DNA of 64,000 nucleotides, from contig JBIJDH010000012.1 of NCBI GenBank assembly GCA_044344255.1, positions 32,001 to 96,000 of the forward strand, given 5' to 3'. The DNA is from Myxococcota bacterium (GTDB lineage: Bacteria > Myxococcota_A > UBA796 > UBA2385). The notes beneath the pieces are model-generated. The model was given only the letters and a program-made list of their open reading frames with translations. It was not told the DNA's origin and did not search any database. This document shows positions 58,344 through 64,000 of the stretch, piece after piece (the first letter of the stretch is position 1; every line of letters begins with the position of its first letter). A program made the position numbers and the translations under genes.

Positions 58344-60029
58344 TCAAAAGGTGGTGCGCCAGGCGAAGCGGCCGCCCTCGAAGCCCGGCAGCGAGCGACA
58401 CTGCCCGCCCGAGCAGCGGATACCCGCCTTGTACGCGCCATAGAACAGGCTGACCGCGGTGGCACCGCTGGGCTTCCACTGGAGCTCGCCCGCCCCGTAG
58501 ATCTTCTCCGAGATGTTGCCGGAGCTCGTGATCAGGGGGTTGTCCGAGTAGTCCTGATAGATAAGGAAGGCGAGGGTCTCGCCGTGGTGCCAGGCGAGGG
58601 CGTTCTCGAGCTCCGTGAAGTCCTCCTGCTGGGCGACGTTGTTGCCCCAATTGAACTTGCGGACCCCGACGTCGAGCTCGAGGGCGTTGTGCTCGCCCAG
58701 CGACACGTGGAAGGCGCTGTCGACGTGGGCCAGCTGATCATAGCCCTCGGCCTGGTCGTCGCGGATGTCACGCCGCAGCCCGCCGTTGACCTGGACGGTG
58801 TTCGGCCCGCCAAGCCACTGGAGGCCGGCGAGCGCGTGACCGATGGTCTCGGCGCTCTGGTTGAAGTGGAGCCCCCCCACGTCTTCGTCGCGGAAGGCGG
58901 CGACGGAGACGTAGGGCACCACCGCCACGCCCTCGATGTTGTAGTCGGCGCGCAGGCGAGCGCCGCTGATGTCGCTCGAGTTGAGCGCCGCCGAGCCGTC
59001 CTCGGTGATGGTCCGCTCATACTCGAGAGACGGCACCGTCGCGACCTCCCAGCCGTCGGCCGAGACGAAGGCGTTGATGCGCTCGCTGTTCACGGAGCGC
59101 CGGGCCTCGAGGAGGAGCGTGGTGCGGCCGGGGTAGGCCGCCGCCGAGGCGTAGGTGGAGTAGCCGTCGGGCTCCCCGTCGCCGATGAGGTCGTCGGAGC
59201 GGTAGCCGAAGTAGTCCCCCTCCGCGAAGAGGTCGATGCCCGCGAGGCCGGGCACCTCCACCGTGGCCCCGCTCACCACGGCGTCGAGGGGCTCGGTGTA
59301 CCGGACGCCGCCGGGCTGACCGAGGCTGTCCTGGCGCCCGAAGCGGTACATCACGCCGTGCAGCCCCATGTGGACGCGCCCGAGGCCGTAGGCGTCTGCG
59401 CGAAGGCCGGTGACCATGCTCTTGACGTCGCGATCGATGCCCAGGTTTTGGTTATTGATGCTGATCCACTGAGTATTGGACAGGCCGCTCACGAGGTTGA
59501 GCTCGAGGTCACCCGCGCGCAGCAGGGCCTTGCCGCCGCGGATCGAGGTGTCGACGTCGATGTCGGTGTTCTTGACGATGTTGAGCGCCATGCCGCGGCC
59601 GAAGCTGGCGTAGGTGTCCCCGAGGGTCACCTCAGCGTTCTTCCATCGTTTCTGGACGTACAGCTTCTCCATCCGCACCAGGGCGTCGGGGAAGGGAGAG
59701 ACGATGCCGGGCTCATAGAGGGGCCAGGAGTGGAGAAGCTCACCGTCCAGGTAGTAACGGTTGCTGAACAGCGCCACCTCGTCCAGCTGGGCGCCGATGC
59801 TGAGCCCGTCCTTATTGAGCAAGAGGTTGAGCCGCTCCACCTGCTCGAAGTAGTCGTGCAGGTTGGGGTAGCTGTCCTCGAAGCCGGGCTCTTCCCGCGT
59901 GCTCTGGTGGTAACGCAGCTGGAAGTCGCTGGTGACCTGAACAGACGAGCTGGCCAGCGGCCCCGTACCCCAGAGCTCGAAGGCGGCGGCGGTCGGGCTC
60001 AGGAGCAGGAGCGAGAGGAGCACCGACAC
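58344..60029 (-). CDS. DUF6029-like outer-membrane beta-barrel protein
   Basis: Signal peptide; LGDTYASFGRGMAL; C-terminal GIRCSGGQCRSLPGFEG..WRTTF. Confidence 0.65.
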   Translation of the reverse strand: MSVLLSLLLLSPTAAAFELWGTGPLASSSVQVTSDFQLRYHQSTREEPGFEDSYPNLHDYFEQVERLNLLLNKDGLSIGAQLDEVALFSNRYYLDGELLHSWPLYEPGIVSPFPDALVRMEKLYVQKRWKNAEVTLGDTYASFGRGMALNIVKNTDIDVDTSIRGGKALLRAGDLELNLVSGLSNTQWISINNQNLGIDRDVKSMVTGLRADAYGLGRVHMGLHGVMYRFGRQDSLGQPGGVRYTEPLDAVVSGATVEVPGLAGIDLFAEGDYFGYRSDDLIGDGEPDGYSTYASAAAYPGRTTLLLEARRSVNSERINAFVSADGWEVATVPSLEYERTITEDGSAALNSSDISGARLRADYNIEGVAVVPYVSVAAFRDEDVGGLHFNQSAETIGHALAGLQWLGGPNTVQVNGGLRRDIRDDQAEGYDQLAHVDSAFHVSLGEHNALELDVGVRKFNWGNNVAQQEDFTELENALAWHHGETLAFLIYQDYSDNPLITSSGNISEKIYGAGELQWKPSGATAVSLFYGAYKAGIRCSGGQCRSLPGFEGGRFAWRTTF

Positions 60030-60031
60030 GG

Positions 60032-60595
60032 TCAGTTCCCGCCGAGGAGGGCCAGGATCTCCGTGCGGAGCCCGGTCTCGTCACCCGGATTGTAGCCCAT
60101 GTGGACGCTCTGGATGCGGCCCTCGCGATCGATCAGCACCGAGTAAGGGATCTGCTTGCCCGGGTTGTATTGCGCGACCACAGCGGTCTGGGTGTCAAGC
60201 AGGACCGGGAAGGTGTACCGGTTCTTCATGATCAGCGGCTTGACCATGCTGCTCGCGCGGGCGTCATCGATGCTGATGGAGAGGACGGTGAAGCCCTTGT
60301 CCTTCAGCTCGGTGTAGAACTTCTGCAGGCTCGGCATCTCTGCCTGGCAGGGCCCACACCAGGTCGCCCAGAACTGGAGCAGCACCACCTGCCCCTTGAA
60401 GTCAGACAGGCTCACGTTCTTCGCGTTGATGTCGCGCAGCGTGAAGCCGGGCGCGGCCTCCCCCACCGCTTCGGCGGGAGACGGGGCGAGCCCGGCGAAG
60501 AGCAGCGCGAAGGAGAGCAGCCCCACCCGAAGGCCGCGGAGCCAGAGGGGACCAGCGGGGGGCGACACCGGGGGCGACACCGGGGACGAGGACAT
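60032..60595 (-). CDS. TlpA-family thiol-disulfide oxidoreductase
   Basis: APGFTL, FWATWCGPCQAEMP, IP.SVLIDREG; start trimmed to ATG 60595. Confidence 0.9.
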   Translation of the reverse strand: MSSSPVSPPVSPPAGPLWLRGLRVGLLSFALLFAGLAPSPAEAVGEAAPGFTLRDINAKNVSLSDFKGQVVLLQFWATWCGPCQAEMPSLQKFYTELKDKGFTVLSISIDDARASSMVKPLIMKNRYTFPVLLDTQTAVVAQYNPGKQIPYSVLIDREGRIQSVHMGYNPGDETGLRTEILALLGGN

Positions 60596-60682
60596 GAGGG
60601 CTCCAAGCCAGAGGGCGGAGACGAAGGATAGCGCCTCGACGGGCCTGCGGCACCCGACAAGGCGCGGTGATAGGACGGACCG

Positions 60683-62059
<1,377 letters not shown>

Positions 62060-62086
62060 CCCTCCGCCTCCGCCTGAACCCCCGCC

Positions 62087-62845
62087 TCAGAAGGCGACGC
62101 CCGCCCAGGCGGTGAGCCCCGTGCCCTGGCCGATCCGCAGCTCGGCGCTCACCACCGCGCGCACACCGGGGCCCCAGGCGGCGCCCAGGGACTCCGAGAT
62201 GAGGCTGCCGCCCGTCACGAAGGAGACCGGCCGCTGCGGCAGCAGCCAGACGTCGAGCGGGGCGGTCCCGCCGCTCTCCCCGAGGGGCTGGACGTTGTGG
62301 TACCACCAGAAGGCGCCCTGCCCGCCCACCCAGCCGACGAGGCCGTCACCGGGATCTCCATAGGCCCCGACCAGCGAGACGGTGCCCTGCTTGAGGCTGT
62401 CGCGCTCGAGGCCGCCCTGCTCGGCGGGATCGCCCACGCCCTTGCTCCAGCCCACCTTGCCGAGGCCCGCCAGCCACCAACGGCTGCGCCCCACGGGCAG
62501 GGCGGCGCGGAGGCCGAGCCCGTAGGCGGAGCCCTCACCGGCATAGTCGGCCTCGGCGACCGCCCCCGTCTGGTGGCCGGCCTCCGCGACCACGCCCAGG
62601 CCGCGCAGCAAGCTGAGGTCGAGCTCTCCGCCGAGGTTGCCGGCCTTCCAGGTGGTCTCGCAGGACTCCGGGCGGACGCACTGCATGTCGTAGGAGCGCA
62701 CGTTCTCGACGTCGCCCCGCGCGGTCAGCACGACGCGGCCGATGGAGGGATCCGGCACGGGGAGGCCGACGGGGGCCGCCGCCGCGGGGAGGAGGAGGGG
62801 GCCCGAGAGCAGCCAGAGGGCCGTGACCGCGGCGAGCGCGCTCAT
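62087..62845 (-). CDS. Hypothetical exported protein, probable small beta-barrel
   Basis: Signal peptide; alternating strands; ends AWAGVAF. Confidence 0.55.
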   Translation of the reverse strand: MSALAAVTALWLLSGPLLLPAAAAPVGLPVPDPSIGRVVLTARGDVENVRSYDMQCVRPESCETTWKAGNLGGELDLSLLRGLGVVAEAGHQTGAVAEADYAGEGSAYGLGLRAALPVGRSRWWLAGLGKVGWSKGVGDPAEQGGLERDSLKQGTVSLVGAYGDPGDGLVGWVGGQGAFWWYHNVQPLGESGGTAPLDVWLLPQRPVSFVTGGSLISESLGAAWGPGVRAVVSAELRIGQGTGLTAWAGVAF

Positions 62846-63867
62846 GGGAAGGTCATCACGAGCTTGCCCGTGGTCTGCCCGCCCTGGAGCTGCGCGTGGA
62901 GGCGACCCACCTGCTCATACGAGGCCACCTCGCCGATGATCGGCCGCACGAGACCTTGGTCGGCGAGGGAGAGGCACCGGTCGAAGAGCCCGATCAGGAT
63001 CTCGAGGTCATCCCAGAGCAGCAGTACGTTGAAGCCCGCCACCACCTTATTGTCACTCACGAGGGGGAAGGCGCTGAACCTCGGGATCTGGAGGTACTGC
63101 CAGGCGAGCTTGAGGTAGTTCGGGCGGGCGCCGGTGGGGGTCATCAGGCCGAAGCCGTAACAGACGAGCCGCCCACGGGACTTGAGGAGCGTGTAGCCCC
63201 GCTTGCTCTGGGCGCCCCCGAGCGCGTCGAGGATGATGTCGGCGCCCCCGAAGTCGGCCTTCGTGAGCGCGGCCCAGTCGTCTCGTTTGTGGTCATAGAC
63301 CGCCGCGCAGCCGAGGCTACGGCAGAGCTCCACCTTGGCGGGTGAGCCCACCGTGCCCACCACCCGCGCGCCCGCGGCCCGCGCGAGCTGCACGGCCGTC
63401 GAGCCCACGCCACCAGCGGCAGAGTGCACCACCACGACCTCATCGGGGCGCAGGTGCCCAAGCTCGAAGAGCGCGTAGCCCGCGGTGAGGGCCGCGGCGG
63501 GGAAGGCCGCCCCCTCCACCATCGACCAGCCGCGGGGGAGGCGGCGCACGCGGGCCGCTTCGGCCACGAGACCGCCCTGGTAGCCGCCGAAGCGAGTGAC
63601 GCCGAGCACCGCGTCGCCCTCCTGGAGGTGGGTCACCCCTTCGCCCACCGCCTCGACGGTGCCCGCGAACTCAAAGCCAGGTACAAAGGGGGGCTTCGGC
63701 GCGTGCGCATAGAGGCCGAGCCGGCAAAACACCTCGGCGAAGTTGATGCCCGCCGCCGCGACCGCCACCCGAACCTCGCCTGGGCCCGGGTCGCGCAGGG
63801 TGAGGGCCTCGACCCGGAAGACCTCCGGGCCGCCGTAGCGGGGGATGACGACGGAGGGGACCTCCAC
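62842..63867 (-). CDS. NADPH:quinone oxidoreductase-like MDR (VAT-1-like)
   Basis: YGGPEV, AAGINFAE, PGFEFAG, HSAAGGVG, TTGKLV; GTG start 63867 estimated. Confidence 0.88.
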   Translation of the reverse strand: MEVPSVVIPRYGGPEVFRVEALTLRDPGPGEVRVAVAAAGINFAEVFCRLGLYAHAPKPPFVPGFEFAGTVEAVGEGVTHLQEGDAVLGVTRFGGYQGGLVAEAARVRRLPRGWSMVEGAAFPAAALTAGYALFELGHLRPDEVVVVHSAAGGVGSTAVQLARAAGARVVGTVGSPAKVELCRSLGCAAVYDHKRDDWAALTKADFGGADIILDALGGAQSKRGYTLLKSRGRLVCYGFGLMTPTGARPNYLKLAWQYLQIPRFSAFPLVSDNKVVAGFNVLLLWDDLEILIGLFDRCLSLADQGLVRPIIGEVASYEQVGRLHAQLQGGQTTGKLVMTFP

Positions 63868-63868
63868 C

Positions 63869-64000
63869 TCAGTCGAGCCCCAAGCGCGCCGCGAGCTCAG
63901 TGGCCACGAGGGCGAGGCCACGCTGAAACTCGGGGATGTAGTAGTAGGCCGCCACGATGGTCGCGAGGGCGGCCACCGACATGACGAGCAGCCAGTCCAC
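63869..64000 (-). CDS. C-terminus of a small hydrophobic protein (start beyond window), possibly Flp-pilin-like
   Basis: Manual translation VDWLLVMSVAALATIVAAYYYIPEFQRGLALVATELAARLGLD-stop. Confidence 0.45.
   Translation of the reverse strand: MDWLLVMSVAALATIVAAYYYIPEFQRGLALVATELAARLGLD

Noticed and set aside
60557..60585. 12-bp duplication encoding SPPV repeats before the TlpA signal (also the 9-bp repeats in the FmdB tail)
   Set aside because: Ordinary low-complexity linker slippage

Overview
Very GC-rich bacterial chromosomal window. The gene repertoire (acidic Cys-lipoproteins, Hanks-type kinase, FHA protein, sigma-54 activator, MopE-type repeats) suggests Myxococcota or a related deltaproteobacterium; this is inference only. 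About 52 real genes were separated from the many antisense shadow ORFs. Housekeeping blocks: partial pccB-type carboxyltransferase, pgeF, ftsE-ftsX-envC-S41 protease-yibQ-like, murI, nadD, folD. Accessory or poorly understood modules: (i) an alphaproteobacterial-type Entner-Doudoroff cluster zwf-edd-eda whose pgl lies 24 kb away; (ii) WGR-DUF4132 / 1609-aa protein / YehL-type AAA+ ATPase, lacking the usual VWA partner; (iii) a Ser/Thr kinase - OmpA-like - LysM/FecR - FHA/winged-helix cluster that looks like a trans-envelope signalling system; (iv) a lower-GC island with twin Cys-rich lipoprotein genes (one nonsense-inactivated) around a decayed ISAs1, bounded by an internally deleted copy of the neighbouring TSUP gene; (v) lipase plus beta-barrel, lipase plus ArsA/Get3 pair, and TlpA plus DUF6029-like modules. 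Several short tandem duplications sit exactly on start or stop codons. No rRNA, tRNA, CRISPR array, integrase or reverse transcriptase was recognised. All family assignments come from motif recognition by eye, not database searches.
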